This document shows, piece after piece, positions 19,069-30,697 of a stretch of 64,000 nucleotides of DNA. Position numbers and translations under genes: made by a program. Every line of letters starts with the position of its first letter. Position 1 is the stretch's first letter. The notes below the pieces were generated by a model, which was not told the origin of the DNA, did no database searches, and saw nothing but the letters and a program-made list of their open reading frames with translations. Source of the stretch: Opitutia bacterium (lineage in GTDB: Bacteria; Verrucomicrobiota; Verrucomicrobiia; Opitutales; T3Sed10-336); NCBI GenBank assembly GCA_050506795.1, contig JBJHCF010000008.1, forward strand, positions 66,768 through 130,767, read 5' to 3'.

Positions 19069-21867
19069 ATGAAAATCGTGAGCCAAGCAAAAATGCATGC
19101 TGCAGGCAGCAAGACCAGGGATATTTCTTTCGCCAATATCGAAAATGCGGATCTGATCGACCGATATTACGAGTCCTGGAAATCCGACCCCGGGTCGGTC
19201 GAAGGCGACTGGCGCGCTTTTTTCGAGGGCTTCGAACTTGCCGCAGCCAATGGGAACGGCGCCGTTGACGCGGAGAAAATTTCCCGTCGGCAGTCGATAC
19301 GACAGTCGCGCGTGGACAGCCTGATTTACGCCTACCGGGGTCTCGGACACCTGATTTCCGACGTCGATCCCCTGCGCCCCGGTCCGAATTCCCACCCCAA
19401 TCTGGAATTGGAAAACTTCGATCTCGCGGAAGAAGACCTGGATGACTCGTTTGATGCCGGACACCTGCTTGATGGGGGTCTGATGAAGCTCCGGGAAATC
19501 ATCCAAATTCTCCGCGAGACCTACTGCGGTCACGTCGGGGTCGAATATATTTACATCCAAACCAAAGAGATCCGCCGCTGGCTTCAGCGGAAGATGGAAC
19601 CGGTACGCAATCAGCCCGATTTCTCCAAGGCGAAAAAGATCCGGATTCTGCGCAAGATTCACGAAGCCGAGATTTTCGAGCGTTTCCTGCACACCCGTTA
19701 TTCCGGCCAAAAGAGATTTTCCCTGGAGGGGGCCGAAACCACTATAGCCTGCCTGGATGCGCTCATCCAAAAGTGCCCCGAGTTCGGGGTTAAGGAAGTC
19801 GTAATGGGCATGGCCCACCGCGGCCGGCTCAATGTGCTGGCGAACATTCTCAAAAAATCCTATGAACTGATTTTCGAGGAGTTCACCGCGAACTATATTC
19901 CGGACTCGGTGTTCGGGGACGGCGACGTCAAATACCACCTCGGCTACGAATCGCGGCTCAAAACCGTATCCGGTGAACCGGTTGATGTTCGGCTGGCACC
20001 CAATCCGAGCCATTTGGAAGCGGTCAATCCGGTCGTGCAGGGCAACACCCGCGCCCGCCAGCGCCTGCGACAGGACACCGAACGAAAAGTGGTCCTGCCG
20101 CTCCTGATACACGGGGACGCCGCGTTTTCCGGACAAGGCATTGTGGCGGAAACATTGAACTTCTCCCGCCTGCCCGGCTACCGCACCGGAGGCACCATTC
20201 ACCTGGTGATCAACAACCAGATCGGGTTCACCACGAAACCGTCCGAAGCCCGATCAAGCCTGTACTGCACCGACATCGCCAAGATGATCGAGGCGCCCAT
20301 CTTTCACGTCAACGGCGACGATCCCCTGGCCGTCGCCATGGTGATGGAACTGGCACTGGAGTTTCGTCAGGAGTTCCAGCGGGACATCGTAATCGACATG
20401 TATTGTTACCGGAAACACGGTCACAACGAGACGGACGAGCCGATGTTCACCCAGCCGATTCTCTATCAGACCATCGCCAAGCACCCGCCTATCAGCAAAC
20501 TGCTCACCCAGCGTCTGATCAAGGAGGGAACGCTTACCGAAGCGGAATCCAAACGCATTCAGTCCGAATACCGCAAGACCCTGGACGAGGCCTTCGACCG
20601 GGTGGGACAAGCCCAGGAAAAAGCGAAGAAGCAGAAAGAAACTCCCGAGGAAATTTCCTTCCGGGGCTCCAACGCCGTATTCCAGGAACCGTACAGCTTC
20701 GATCCCATTGAGACCGGAGTATCCATGGATCTGTTTGAGACCGCCGCCCGCGGCCTGTACTCGGTTCCCGACAACTTCAAGGTCAACCCGAAGATTCGGC
20801 GCCAGCTTGAGGCCCGTCGCAAGGCGTTCAAGGAAGACCTCCCCATCGACTGGGGATTCGCCGAGGATCTTGCCTACGGCACCCTGCTCCTGGAGGGCAC
20901 ACCCGTGCGCCTCTCCGGACAGGACTCCGAGCGCGGCACCTTTAGTCACCGCCACGCCGCTTTTTACGATATTGAAACCAGCGAACGGTTCGTGCCGCTG
21001 CTCAACCTCGCGGAAAAACAGGCCCAGTTCTGCGTTTACAACTCGACGCTTTCCGAGGCGGGAGTGTTGGGTTTCGATTTCGGTTATTCTCTGGACTACC
21101 CGCAGATGCTCTGCATTTGGGAGGCTCAGTTCGGCGATTTCGCCAATGGCGCCCAGGTCATTATCGACCAGTTTATCACCACCTCCGAATCGAAATGGCA
21201 ACGCGTGAGCGGTATCGTTCTGCTGCTGCCACATGGCTACGAAGGACAGGGACCCGAGCACTCGTCGGCCCGGCTGGAGCGTTTTCTGCAGAACGCGGCC
21301 GAGGAGAACATTCAGGTCTGCAACGTCACCACCGCCGCGCAGTTCTTCCACCTGTTGCGACGTCAGATGAAGCAGCCCTATCGGAAACCGCTCATCATCA
21401 TGACCCCAAAACTGCTTCTCCGGCACAAGGGCGCGGCTTCGCCGATCAAGAACTTCCTGCAAGGCTCGTTCCAGCCTATCCTCGATGATCCGGACGCGCC
21501 CAAAAAGGCGAAAAGACTGATCCTCTGCTCCGGAAAAGTCTACTATGACCTGCTGGAACACCGGCGCAGCAACAAGATCAAGGACACGGCGCTGGTTCGG
21601 GTGGAACAGCTGTATCCCGTGCATGAAGCCCGTTTGAAGGAGCTCGCCGAGTACTATGCTTCGGCCAAAGATCTGGTGTGGTGCCAGGAGGAGTCCAGGA
21701 ATATGGGAGCCTGGTTTTCGATGGCTCCGGTTCTGGAAGAACTGTGGGGTCGTAAACCGCGCTATGCGGGACGCGACGCCAGCTCCAGCCCCGCCGTCGG
21801 CTCGCTTGCCCGTCACAAAAACGAACTCAGGGAGTTCCTGGCAGACGCCTTTTCCGAAAACAAATAA
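19069..21867 (+). CDS. sucA: 2-oxoglutarate dehydrogenase E1
   Basis: [45 protein letters not shown]; start codon uncertain. Confidence 0.97.
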   Translation: MKIVSQAKMHAAGSKTRDISFANIENADLIDRYYESWKSDPGSVEGDWRAFFEGFELAAANGNGAVDAEKISRRQSIRQSRVDSLIYAYRGLGHLISDVDPLRPGPNSHPNLELENFDLAEEDLDDSFDAGHLLDGGLMKLREIIQILRETYCGHVGVEYIYIQTKEIRRWLQRKMEPVRNQPDFSKAKKIRILRKIHEAEIFERFLHTRYSGQKRFSLEGAETTIACLDALIQKCPEFGVKEVVMGMAHRGRLNVLANILKKSYELIFEEFTANYIPDSVFGDGDVKYHLGYESRLKTVSGEPVDVRLAPNPSHLEAVNPVVQGNTRARQRLRQDTERKVVLPLLIHGDAAFSGQGIVAETLNFSRLPGYRTGGTIHLVINNQIGFTTKPSEARSSLYCTDIAKMIEAPIFHVNGDDPLAVAMVMELALEFRQEFQRDIVIDMYCYRKHGHNETDEPMFTQPILYQTIAKHPPISKLLTQRLIKEGTLTEAESKRIQSEYRKTLDEAFDRVGQAQEKAKKQKETPEEISFRGSNAVFQEPYSFDPIETGVSMDLFETAARGLYSVPDNFKVNPKIRRQLEARRKAFKEDLPIDWGFAEDLAYGTLLLEGTPVRLSGQDSERGTFSHRHAAFYDIETSERFVPLLNLAEKQAQFCVYNSTLSEAGVLGFDFGYSLDYPQMLCIWEAQFGDFANGAQVIIDQFITTSESKWQRVSGIVLLLPHGYEGQGPEHSSARLERFLQNAAEENIQVCNVTTAAQFFHLLRRQMKQPYRKPLIIMTPKLLLRHKGAASPIKNFLQGSFQPILDDPDAPKKAKRLILCSGKVYYDLLEHRRSNKIKDTALVRVEQLYPVHEARLKELAEYYASAKDLVWCQEESRNMGAWFSMAPVLEELWGRKPRYAGRDASSSPAVGSLARHKNELREFLADAFSENK

Positions 21868-21869
21868 AC

Positions 21870-23135
21870 ATGGCTATTGAAGTAAAAGTTCCCAGCGTGG
21901 GGGAATCGGTCACCTCGGGGGTTCTTGCCTCCTGGCGTGTGAAAGACGGAGATTTCGTCCAGAGGGACGATCCCCTTTTCGATTTGGAAACCGACAAGAT
22001 CACCCAGGAAGCCACGGCGGAAGCCGACGGGCGGATTAGCCTGAAGGCCAATGAGGGTGACGAGGTGGAGATCGGTCAAGTGGTGGCGGAGATCGATGAC
22101 TCGGCAAATGCCGACGATGAAGCCGACGAATCGAAAGATGAAGAAAGCGCCGAGGAAGCGGAGTCGACTTCTGAAAAGGGCGGTCAGGAAACCGAATCCG
22201 GCAAAGGGAAAAGCAGCGATTCCGGTCACCCGTTGTCGCCGGCCGCCCGGCGGGCGGTCGAGGAAACCGGTGTGGACCCCGAGCGGGTCAAGGGAAGCGG
22301 CAAGGATGGACGGATCACCAAGAACGACGTCCTAGAGGCCGCCAAACAGGCCGACGATTCCCCGGACGAGGAAAAAGCGGCCTCCGAATCCACTACTCGG
22401 AAAGAGGATCCCGGCAAGGAATCCGCGGATACCGATAAACCCGTAACCCGCAAGAAACTTTCACCCCTGCGGCGTCGTATCGGGGAGCGTTTGGTCGCTT
22501 CACAACGCGATACCGCGACCCTCACGACCTTCAACGAAGTCGACCTTTCCACGGTCAAAGCCCTGCGGGCCCGCCACCAGGACGCCTTCACCAAACGGCA
22601 CGGGGTGAAACTCGGCTTTATGTCGTTTTTCGTCAAAGCCGCGGTGCACGCACTTAAATCGGTCCCCGAGGTCAACGCACAACTCGACGGCGACCACCTG
22701 ATTCAGAATCATTTTTACGATATCGCGGTCGCCGTCAGCACCGAGAAGGGACTGCTGGTGCCGGTGATTCGCGACTGCGATAACATCAGCTACGCGGAAA
22801 TCGAAAAGCGGATCGCCGATGTGGCGCAACGCGCCAAGGAGGGAAAACTTCAACTGGAAGATCTGGAAGGCGGGGTGTTCACCATCACCAACGGCGGCAT
22901 TTTCGGCTCGATGCTTTCCACCCCGGTCATCAATCCGCCGCAAAGCGCCATCCTGGGCATGCACTCGATCATCGACCGCCCGGTGGCGATCGACGGCACG
23001 GTGGAGATTCGCTCCATGATGTACCTGGCGCTCTCCTACGATCACCGAGTCATCGACGGACGCGAAGCCGTCACATTCCTGCGAAAAATCAAAGAAGTCC
23101 TGGAGGAACCGGCGCGCGCGCTGCTGGAGGTGTGA
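21870..23135 (+). CDS. sucB: 2-oxoglutarate dehydrogenase E2, dihydrolipoyl succinyltransferase
   Basis: Lipoyl [26 protein letters not shown]. Confidence 0.96.
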   Translation: MAIEVKVPSVGESVTSGVLASWRVKDGDFVQRDDPLFDLETDKITQEATAEADGRISLKANEGDEVEIGQVVAEIDDSANADDEADESKDEESAEEAESTSEKGGQETESGKGKSSDSGHPLSPAARRAVEETGVDPERVKGSGKDGRITKNDVLEAAKQADDSPDEEKAASESTTRKEDPGKESADTDKPVTRKKLSPLRRRIGERLVASQRDTATLTTFNEVDLSTVKALRARHQDAFTKRHGVKLGFMSFFVKAAVHALKSVPEVNAQLDGDHLIQNHFYDIAVAVSTEKGLLVPVIRDCDNISYAEIEKRIADVAQRAKEGKLQLEDLEGGVFTITNGGIFGSMLSTPVINPPQSAILGMHSIIDRPVAIDGTVEIRSMMYLALSYDHRVIDGREAVTFLRKIKEVLEEPARALLEV

Positions 23136-23163
23136 CCCCCGGAACGCGAGCCCAAAAGCGAAT

Positions 23164-24564
23164 ATGGCGGAAAACTCATTCGACGTCACAGTCATTGGAG
23201 CCGGTCCCGGCGGATACGTCGCGGCCATCCGCGCTTCCCAGCTCGGACTGAAAACGGCACTGGTGGAAAAGCGTGAGACCCTGGGCGGTACCTGCCTGAA
23301 CATCGGCTGCATTCCCAGCAAGGCATTGCTCCACTCGACCGAAATCTACGAATTCCTGCGGGACAAGGGCAGCGATCACGGCATCAAAACCGGATCGCTC
23401 AAGATCGACGTCGGCGCCCTAATGAAGAAAAAGGATACCGTGGTGGAAAACCTGGTCAAAGGGGTGGCCACCCTGGTTTCCAAAAAGGGGGTGACCGTCT
23501 TCCAGGGTGCCGCGCGCATCAAGGACGCAAATACAGTGGAGGTCGACGGCAAGGACAAAACGACGATCGAAACCCGCAACATCATTCTCGCCACAGGATC
23601 GCGCGTCTCGGAACTGCCCTCTTTAGAAATCGACGGCAAAACCGTGGTCACCAGCGACCACGCCATCGCGTTCGAGAAGGTTCCCGGCAAACTGGTGGTG
23701 GTCGGCGGAGGAGCTATCGGGCTCGAACTGGGCGCCGTCTGGTCCCGACTGGGAAGCGAGGTTACCGTGCTGGAATTCCTTCCCCGAATTGCCGTTGGGT
23801 TCGACGCCGACATTTCCAAAATGCTGGAACGGATCCTGAAGAAGCGCGGCATGACTTTTGTCACCGGCGCCAAGGTCACCGGCGCGGAAACCAGGAAAGG
23901 CAAAGTGGTAGTCACCGCCGAAAATAACGGCGACCAAACAACCTACGAAGCGGATAAAGTCCTGGTGGCGGTGGGCCGACGTCCCTGCACCGAAGGATTG
24001 GGACTGGAGGATGCGGGGGTGGAATTGGACGACCGCAAGCGGGTGAAAACCGATAAACAGTTCCGCACCAGCGTCAAAAACATTTATGCCATCGGCGACA
24101 TCATCGCCGGCCCCATGCTGGCGCACAAAGCCGAAGAGGAAGGCGTCGCCGTGGCTGAGATTCTCGCCGGCAAACCGGGGCACGTGAATTACGACGTTAT
24201 CCCGAACGTGATTTACACCGACCCCGAAGTCGCCTCGGCCGGGTTGGGAGAAGATGCAGCCAGGGAGAAGGACATCAAGGTCAACGTGGGCAAGTTCCCG
24301 CTCAGCGCCAACGGACGCGCCCTGGCCATGGACGCGACCGAAGGCCTGGTCAAAGTGATTGCCTGCGCCGAAACCGACCGACTCCTCGGAGTACAGATCC
24401 TGGGACGCAACGCCTCCGAGTTTGTTTCCGGCGCCGTAGCTCACATGGAATACGGCGGCAGCGCCGAGGACCTCGCGCGCACTGTCCACGCCCACCCCAC
24501 AATCTCAGAAGCGCTCAAAGAGGCCGCGCTGGCGGTGGATAAGCGGGCGATTCACTCCCTTTGA
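23164..24564 (+). CDS. lpdA: Dihydrolipoyl dehydrogenase
   Basis: GAGPGG, GGTCLNIGCIPSK, MLAHKA, HPT.SE. Confidence 0.97.
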   Translation: MAENSFDVTVIGAGPGGYVAAIRASQLGLKTALVEKRETLGGTCLNIGCIPSKALLHSTEIYEFLRDKGSDHGIKTGSLKIDVGALMKKKDTVVENLVKGVATLVSKKGVTVFQGAARIKDANTVEVDGKDKTTIETRNIILATGSRVSELPSLEIDGKTVVTSDHAIAFEKVPGKLVVVGGGAIGLELGAVWSRLGSEVTVLEFLPRIAVGFDADISKMLERILKKRGMTFVTGAKVTGAETRKGKVVVTAENNGDQTTYEADKVLVAVGRRPCTEGLGLEDAGVELDDRKRVKTDKQFRTSVKNIYAIGDIIAGPMLAHKAEEEGVAVAEILAGKPGHVNYDVIPNVIYTDPEVASAGLGEDAAREKDIKVNVGKFPLSANGRALAMDATEGLVKVIACAETDRLLGVQILGRNASEFVSGAVAHMEYGGSAEDLARTVHAHPTISEALKEAALAVDKRAIHSL

Positions 24565-24600
24565 GCACCGCCATGCGCTCGGGACGATTTCCCCGGGCCC

Positions 24601-25377
24601 CTACGGCTGAAAGCGCTCGAGGTAGGGAATATTCAGTTCCGCCTCCAACTCGCGAATACGGCTCAGGACCAGGTCGGTCTGGTGGGTGAGGTCCTGTGGA
24701 TTCAAGGTGGGATATAACTCCCGCAGCCATTGGTAGGCCGCTTCGTCTTCGCCCATCCGCCGCAGAAGCTGGGCATAGATCCGCGCGGCGTAAGGCGGAG
24801 GATCTTTTACCTCGGAAGCGCGCCGGTAGTACTCGGCCGCCATTTCCACGTTCTCCATTCGTCGCAGGTAGATATTGGCGATATCCACCAGAATTTCGCC
24901 CCGCTCGGGATGAAACTCGAATCCGCGGTGCAGCAGTCGAATGGCGGTTTCCGCTTGTTCGTCATGAAAACGCCGCACCACCGCATCCGGAACGTTTTCG
25001 TAACCGCCGGCGCCACGCACACGCCACACCGCCATGTCGTAGGCAATCATGCGCGCGCCATTGAGCCAGAAGTAGACCGGCCGGGGATCGACTGTCGTCA
25101 CCAGTCGGATCAAGGTTTCAGTTGCCGGGATAACCGAGGTGTCCTGGGTTTCCCAAACCGCATTCGTCCGAATCCAAAGCAGGTCCGCCACCACCGCGCG
25201 AAACCCGCCGAGCATTCCGATGGTGATCCCCTGCCCCAGTGCCGCCTCCAAATCCTCCAGGGCCAACGCCGGTTCCCTCGCCTTCAGTTCCTCCCAGGCC
25301 GGATCGGCGACCGGCCGCAAGGCCAGTCCGGTCAAAAACAGGACAACAAAGACAACGATGATGGCTTTCCAATTCAT
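24601..25377 (-). CDS. Membrane-anchored TPR-like protein linked to the ABC transporter
   Basis: N-terminal TM, LGGFR...AD.LW.R, helical repeats; co-oriented behind the ABC genes. Confidence 0.7.
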   Translation of the reverse strand: MNWKAIIVVFVVLFLTGLALRPVADPAWEELKAREPALALEDLEAALGQGITIGMLGGFRAVVADLLWIRTNAVWETQDTSVIPATETLIRLVTTVDPRPVYFWLNGARMIAYDMAVWRVRGAGGYENVPDAVVRRFHDEQAETAIRLLHRGFEFHPERGEILVDIANIYLRRMENVEMAAEYYRRASEVKDPPPYAARIYAQLLRRMGEDEAAYQWLRELYPTLNPQDLTHQTDLVLSRIRELEAELNIPYLERFQP

Positions 25378-25447
25378 GCGCGGCCTGAAGATTTCCCGGC
25401 GCCCTCATGGCGTCGAACCGGATGATGCGGCGTTGAACAGCGGAGGC

Positions 25448-26284
25448 TCATATCTCCCTCTTTCGAAAACTGAATACCGCCAGCAGGTTAAAGACGACCA
25501 CGTAAACCGCGGCGTACGCGATGATGCGCAGGGTGACCATCGCCGGGATGGACTCACCCAGAGCGACCTGGTCGCCGATATTGAACATTTGAAAATTGGG
25601 GAAGACGGACGCGAGGATGAACACCGCGATCCGCACCGGAAAAAAGTCGACCTGCGTCCAGGCATCGATGGCCAGGTATTGCAGGTGACAAATCAGCAGC
25701 ACCACAAAAGAGATGATCACGGAGTACAGGTTGGTATTGGAGAAGCTGGCGATCACCATGGTGATCCCGCAGAGGATGGAAAACTTCAGCCACTGCACCA
25801 GGCCATAGATAAAGATATCGCCATAGGCCACCATGCGGCCCGTTTCAAAGGCTTCGGGATCGAGTTCCATCAAGGCGCTTTCCCTCCAGAACAGGAGCAC
25901 CGTGAGGATCAAGGTCATCATGGCGGTGAATACCAGCAGCAAAGCCGAGGTCCCGATAAACTTCCCGAAAATGAACTCCGAGCGAAACACCGGTTTCGCC
26001 AGGATGGTGATGGCCGTTTTGTTTTCAATCTCGCTGAAGAACAACTGCGCGGTCGCCACGATCGCCAGCACCGAGCCGAAGAGGACAATGGCTCCAAACC
26101 CGAAATCGGCGATGAACTTGAGTTCGGGTGCCCCGAAACTGAAATCGCGCAGGATTTGCGAACTGAGAATGATGCCGAGGGCGATCACCACCAGGAAGCT
26201 GAAAAACTTCTGCCGCACCGCCTCCAGAAAAGTGTTCTTGGCGATGACCTTGATCCGGCCGGGAGAGAAAATGACCTTGTTCAT
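25448..26284 (-). CDS. ABC-2 type transporter permease
   Basis: 6 TM, EIE.KT....LAKP..R.EFI.GK, ends FRKREI. Confidence 0.9.
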   Translation of the reverse strand: MNKVIFSPGRIKVIAKNTFLEAVRQKFFSFLVVIALGIILSSQILRDFSFGAPELKFIADFGFGAIVLFGSVLAIVATAQLFFSEIENKTAITILAKPVFRSEFIFGKFIGTSALLLVFTAMMTLILTVLLFWRESALMELDPEAFETGRMVAYGDIFIYGLVQWLKFSILCGITMVIASFSNTNLYSVIISFVVLLICHLQYLAIDAWTQVDFFPVRIAVFILASVFPNFQMFNIGDQVALGESIPAMVTLRIIAYAAVYVVVFNLLAVFSFRKREI

Positions 26285-27234
26285 GAGTGCTGCCTGTCCT
26301 CTTTGTCGTCGCCGGATGGTTCGCGGGACTCCGGCTCCGGCTTGGCCGATTGAGCCGCCTCGGCCCGGTCAGAGAGTTTTTCCCGGGCCAGTTCCGACCG
26401 GCCCACGTGTTCGAGAAAGACGCGGTCCAAACTGTACTGCGGCTGCTCCACGGCCACCAATGTGGATTCCCTTGCCCGCAACCAACCGGCCAATTCCTCG
26501 TTGAAATCATCCCGGTAATTCTGCACCACCAGCGACCTCAGGTCTTTCTTGCTCACCAGTTCGCCCAGTTCGCCCTCCAGGATCAGTTTACCCCGGTTCA
26601 GGATAGCGATCCGGTCGCAGATATCTTCCACCTGTGCCAGCAGGTGCGAACAGAGGATAATCGTTTTCCCCTGCTCTTTCAGGTTGAGGATCAGCGATGA
26701 AATCTCCGCCGAGCCCACCGGGTCCACTCCGGCGGTGGGTTCGTCCAAAATCACCAGGCGAGGATCATGCACCAGCGCCTGGGCCAAACCGATTCGCTGC
26801 AACATGCCCTTGGAATACGTTCCGACGCGGCGATGGGCTGCTTCCTTGAGACCGACCCACTCGATGACCTCGTGCACCCGGTCGTTGAGCTTTTTCTTGT
26901 CCACCTGGCAAATGCGTCCGAAAAACGCCACCAGTTCGTATCCGGTCAGGTAGCGGTAGAAATAAGGCGCTTCGGGCAGAAACCCGACGTCGCGCCGGGA
27001 GGAAACATCACCGCTCGGAGTTCCGAAAATCCGGCACGACCCCGAAGTCGGCGCCAGCAAACCGAGAATGACTTTGATCGTCGTGCTCTTACCCGAGCCG
27101 TTGGGACCCAGGAGGCCGAAAACCTGGTTGTCCGCGATTTCCAGGGACAAATTCTCGACCGCCCTAAGTTTCAAGTGACCAAACCCCAAAGGAAAATCCT
27201 TGGTGAGGTTCTCGATATTAATGGCTGGCGTCAT
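26281..27234 (-). CDS. ABC transporter ATP-binding protein
   Basis: GPNGSGKST, YSKGM.QR, ILDEPT, H-loop. Confidence 0.95.
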   Translation of the reverse strand: MTPAINIENLTKDFPLGFGHLKLRAVENLSLEIADNQVFGLLGPNGSGKSTTIKVILGLLAPTSGSCRIFGTPSGDVSSRRDVGFLPEAPYFYRYLTGYELVAFFGRICQVDKKKLNDRVHEVIEWVGLKEAAHRRVGTYSKGMLQRIGLAQALVHDPRLVILDEPTAGVDPVGSAEISSLILNLKEQGKTIILCSHLLAQVEDICDRIAILNRGKLILEGELGELVSKKDLRSLVVQNYRDDFNEELAGWLRARESTLVAVEQPQYSLDRVFLEHVGRSELAREKLSDRAEAAQSAKPEPESREPSGDDKEDRQHS

Positions 27235-27256
27235 AAAGTGTATTGGTTTGACCGCC

Positions 27257-27529
27257 TCAGCGGATGGTGAAATCGGAGCTCCCCTTCAAGTCGGACGACC
27301 GTTTCACTTCCGTATTCCGAATATAGGCCTTCATTTTATCCTGGATGTCGGCCAAAAAGGCGTCGACCTCCGTCGTTTCACCTTCGGCCTCCATGAGAAC
27401 GCGACCATCGGCCAGATTCTTGACGTAGCCGGTAACATTGAAACCTTTGGCCGCTTCCCTGACCTGATAACGAAACCCCACCCCCTGGACGTGACCGGAA
27501 AAGTGAGCAATCAGATGCGATTTTTCCAT
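27257..27529 (-). CDS. acyP: Acylphosphatase
   Basis: G.VQGVGFR, GYVKNL.DGRV. Confidence 0.92.
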   Translation of the reverse strand: MEKSHLIAHFSGHVQGVGFRYQVREAAKGFNVTGYVKNLADGRVLMEAEGETTEVDAFLADIQDKMKAYIRNTEVKRSSDLKGSSDFTIR

Positions 27530-27607
27530 GGCGAACTGATAACAAACGTCAAAACCGGTTCGATTTCAAAGAGAAAAGCGACCAAAGTCACCTTTCGTAG
27601 CCCGGTC

Positions 27608-28867
27608 TCAGGATTCCTCGTACGCCTTGAGGATCAAAGAAGCGTTGTGGCCCCCGAAACCGGAATTATTTGTCATAGCGACTTTCACCGGCGCAACCCG
27701 TTTTTCATTGGGAACGTAATCCAGATCCAATTCCGGATCGGGTTCATCGTAATTGATGGTGGGCGGCACTTCGCCGGTTTCGATCACCTTGGCGCACACG
27801 GCGGCTTCCACACTGCCCGCCGCGCCGAGAAGGTGACCGGTCATCGACTTGGTGGAACTCACCATCAATTTATAGGCGTGGTCTCCAAACGCCTTTTTCA
27901 TCGCGAAGGTCTCACACTTGTCGTTGAAATAAGTGGAAGTGCCGTGCGCGTTGACGTAATCCACCTCTTCGGCCCGTATGCCGGCACTCTTCAGCGCCTT
28001 GACAATACACTCGGTCAAAGCGGTGGAGTCGTTGTCCGGTTGGGTGATGTGAAAAGCGTCGCAAGTCGCGGCGTATCCGGAGAGCTCGCAATAGATTCGC
28101 GCACCGCGAGCCCGGGCGTGTTCCAGAGTTTCCAGAACAAAAACCCCCGCACCCTCGCCCATGACAAAACCGTCGCGTGACTTTTCGAACGGCCGGCTGG
28201 CGCCCTGGGGGTCGTCGTTGCGGGTGCTCATCGCCTTCATGGAACAGAAACCGGCGTAACCGAGCCGCGTTATGGCGGCTTCGCTTCCGCCCGCGATCAT
28301 GACATCGGCATCACCGGTTCGCATGATTCGCCAGGACTCCCCCAACGCGTGAGTGGACGTCGCGCAAGCGCTGACCACCGCGAAGTTCGGTCCCCGCGCG
28401 CCCAGCTCAATGGCGAGGCGTCCGCTGGCGATATTGGCGATCAGGGAAGGAATCATGAACGGTGAAACCCGCCGCGGTCCCTTCTCGAAAAGCACCTGTG
28501 CCTGCGTTTCGATCGTCCACATCCCGCCGATCCCGGACCCGACCAGCACACCGCAGCGTTCCGGATCCACCAAATCCATTTTTAGACCGGCATCCGCCAC
28601 CGCCTGCAACCCGGCCCCCACTGCCAGTTGCGTGTAGCGGTCGTTGCGCCGGACCTCTTTCGGATCCATAAAGGACGAAGGATCAAAATCCTTGATCTCG
28701 GCGCCGATCTTGGAAGCGATATCGGTAACATCAAAACTGGTGATGTGATCGATTCCGCTTTTGCCCGCGAGGAGATTGTCAAAAAAAACACCGGTATCGT
28801 GACCGTTGGAGGCTATCACTCCAATGCCGGTAACAACAATACGGGGAGGCACGTAGGGATCGGGCAT
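27608..28867 (-). CDS. fabF: 3-oxoacyl-ACP synthase II
   Basis: SACAT, NAHGTST, KSMTGHLLGAAG, GFGGHN. Confidence 0.96.
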   Translation of the reverse strand: MPDPYVPPRIVVTGIGVIASNGHDTGVFFDNLLAGKSGIDHITSFDVTDIASKIGAEIKDFDPSSFMDPKEVRRNDRYTQLAVGAGLQAVADAGLKMDLVDPERCGVLVGSGIGGMWTIETQAQVLFEKGPRRVSPFMIPSLIANIASGRLAIELGARGPNFAVVSACATSTHALGESWRIMRTGDADVMIAGGSEAAITRLGYAGFCSMKAMSTRNDDPQGASRPFEKSRDGFVMGEGAGVFVLETLEHARARGARIYCELSGYAATCDAFHITQPDNDSTALTECIVKALKSAGIRAEEVDYVNAHGTSTYFNDKCETFAMKKAFGDHAYKLMVSSTKSMTGHLLGAAGSVEAAVCAKVIETGEVPPTINYDEPDPELDLDYVPNEKRVAPVKVAMTNNSGFGGHNASLILKAYEES

Positions 28868-28899
28868 CTCGAATACCTGAAAACCAAAAGGATGGATCT

Positions 28900-28926
28900 A
28901 AAAACCGCGCCACTCAAGAGGCGCGG
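28900..28926 (-). terminator. Intrinsic terminator/attenuator between acpP and fabF
   Basis: Minus strand reads CCGCGCC-TCTTGAGT-GGCGCGG-TTTTT. Confidence 0.65.
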
Positions 28927-28954
28927 CCCATGGTGAAAGTGAGGCCTACCCCAA

Positions 28955-29221
28955 TCAGGAGGAGGAGGCGGTTTTCTCCTCGATGTAGCTGATAACGTCT
29001 TTAACGGTCTGCAGCTTTTCAGCGTCGGATTCTGGAATCTCGCCCTTGATCTCGTCCTTGAATTCCTCTTCGAAGGCCATGATGAGTTCCACCGTGTCCA
29101 GGGAATCGGCGCCGAGGTCATCCAGGAAGGATGCTTCCGGAGTAACTTGATCTTCGTTAACATTCAGCTGGTTAACGATAATCTCTTTAACGCGCTGCTC
29201 TATGGTTTTTGAGTCTGCCAT
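28955..29221 (-). CDS. acpP: Acyl carrier protein
   Basis: [21 protein letters not shown] 29221. Confidence 0.97.
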   Translation of the reverse strand: MADSKTIEQRVKEIIVNQLNVNEDQVTPEASFLDDLGADSLDTVELIMAFEEEFKDEIKGEIPESDAEKLQTVKDVISYIEEKTASSS

Positions 29222-29261
29222 GATATGTGGTTGAAAATGAAAGGTTGAACGTTCTTTACGA

Positions 29262-30008
29262 TCACATGACCAGCCCGCCGTCAACGGTAAAAACCTGGCC
29301 AGTCACGTATCCGGCCTCCTCGGAACAAAGGTAGGCTACCATACCGGCGATATCCTCCGGTTTGCCAAGGCGTTTGAGCGGAATCCGACTTGTGATTTCC
29401 CGGCTCACGTCCGCATCCAGTCCGGCGGTCATGTCGGTCTCGATAAACCCCGGCGCCACCGCGTTGCAGGTCACCGAACGACTGGCCAGTTCCTTGGCCA
29501 GACTCTTGGTGAGACCGAATATGCCGGCCTTGGAGGCGCTGTAGTTGATTTGTCCGGGATTGCCCATGAGGCCGACAACCGAGGAAATGTTGACCACCCG
29601 ACCCCAGCGGCGACGGGTCATGGGACGGGTGATTCCTTTGATCCAATAAAAGCAACTGGAAAGGTTGGTCTGGATGACGTCCTCCCAATCCCCGTCACTC
29701 ATGCGCAACATGAGGCCGTCGCGGGTAATCCCGGCATTATTGACCAAAATATCGATCACTTCATGCTCGGACAGCAGTTCGGCGGCCGCCTGCGCCACGG
29801 CGGCGCCGTCGGCCACATCAACCGCCCGGGCGGTCGCTTTCCCGCCGCGCGAACGGATGCCTTCGGCCACCGCGCCACAGCTCGACTCCGATTTACTGAC
29901 GCAAATCACATTGACACCGGCCGCGGCGAGCGTCTCCGCGATCGCCTTGCCGATTCCCCGTCCGGCCCCGGTGACCAGGGCGGTACGATCCTTGAAGGTC
30001 AACACCAT
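29262..30008 (-). CDS. fabG: 3-oxoacyl-ACP reductase
   Basis: [29 protein letters not shown]. Confidence 0.95.
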   Translation of the reverse strand: MVLTFKDRTALVTGAGRGIGKAIAETLAAAGVNVICVSKSESSCGAVAEGIRSRGGKATARAVDVADGAAVAQAAAELLSEHEVIDILVNNAGITRDGLMLRMSDGDWEDVIQTNLSSCFYWIKGITRPMTRRRWGRVVNISSVVGLMGNPGQINYSASKAGIFGLTKSLAKELASRSVTCNAVAPGFIETDMTAGLDADVSREITSRIPLKRLGKPEDIAGMVAYLCSEEAGYVTGQVFTVDGGLVM

Positions 30009-30056
30009 GGGTGAATCATGGACCAGAATGCCCGGCCGCTGGCAAGGCTTAAATCT

Positions 30057-30611
30057 TCAGCCGATACCCAACTTCTTGCGTCCCTCCTCCGAAATCATCT
30101 GGGGCGTCCAGACGGGATCCCAGACAATTTCCACGCTGGCCGATTCCACCTGTGGAAGGGCCTCCAGTTTGCCGCGGGCGTCGTCGGCGATAACCGGCCC
30201 CATGCCGCAACCCTGGGCGGTGAGGGTCATTTTGACCGCAACAGCTCGGCGACCGTCGGGGGTTTCACGGCACTGGAGGTCGTAGATCAAGCCGAGATCC
30301 ACAATATTGATCGGAATTTCCGGATCGTAACAGGATCTCAGAGCCTCCCACAGCATTTCCTCGCGAAATTCGTCCGAGGCCGCCGCCGGGGGCGCACTCT
30401 CCTGACGCAACTGTTCCTCCGCCCCCTCGCCAAGGGCGTCGAGATCCTGCCCCGCTATACGGAACAGTCCGGAGTCCGCCCGCACCGTCACGGTCCCGCC
30501 CAGCGCCTGGGAAACAAAGACCCGGCTGCCGGCCGGAAGGGTGACGGCGTCGCCGGCCGGAATAAGAGTCGCCGGACAATCCCGGGTCAAGGTGACTTCC
30601 TGATTAAGCAT
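30057..30611 (-). CDS. sufT: Fe-S cluster assembly protein SufT (DUF59)
   Basis: QALGG..TV N-terminal domain, YDPEIP.NIVDLGL.Y, TLTA.GCGMG. Confidence 0.88.
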   Translation of the reverse strand: MLNQEVTLTRDCPATLIPAGDAVTLPAGSRVFVSQALGGTVTVRADSGLFRIAGQDLDALGEGAEEQLRQESAPPAAASDEFREEMLWEALRSCYDPEIPINIVDLGLIYDLQCRETPDGRRAVAVKMTLTAQGCGMGPVIADDARGKLEALPQVESASVEIVWDPVWTPQMISEEGRKKLGIG

Positions 30612-30697
30612 AATCCCGGAATTTATAAATCCCGAAGCCGGCATTCGCAAGAATTGAGTTGTTTCCCGCGGCCCCAGGCGCGACGCTCAACATCACT

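Noticed and set aside
25139..26353. 404-aa plus-strand ORF, and similar long antisense ORFs such as 1145-2812, 7581-8552, 15531-17324, 20254-21816
   Set aside because: Shadow frames opposite well-supported genes in GC-rich DNA; no motifs
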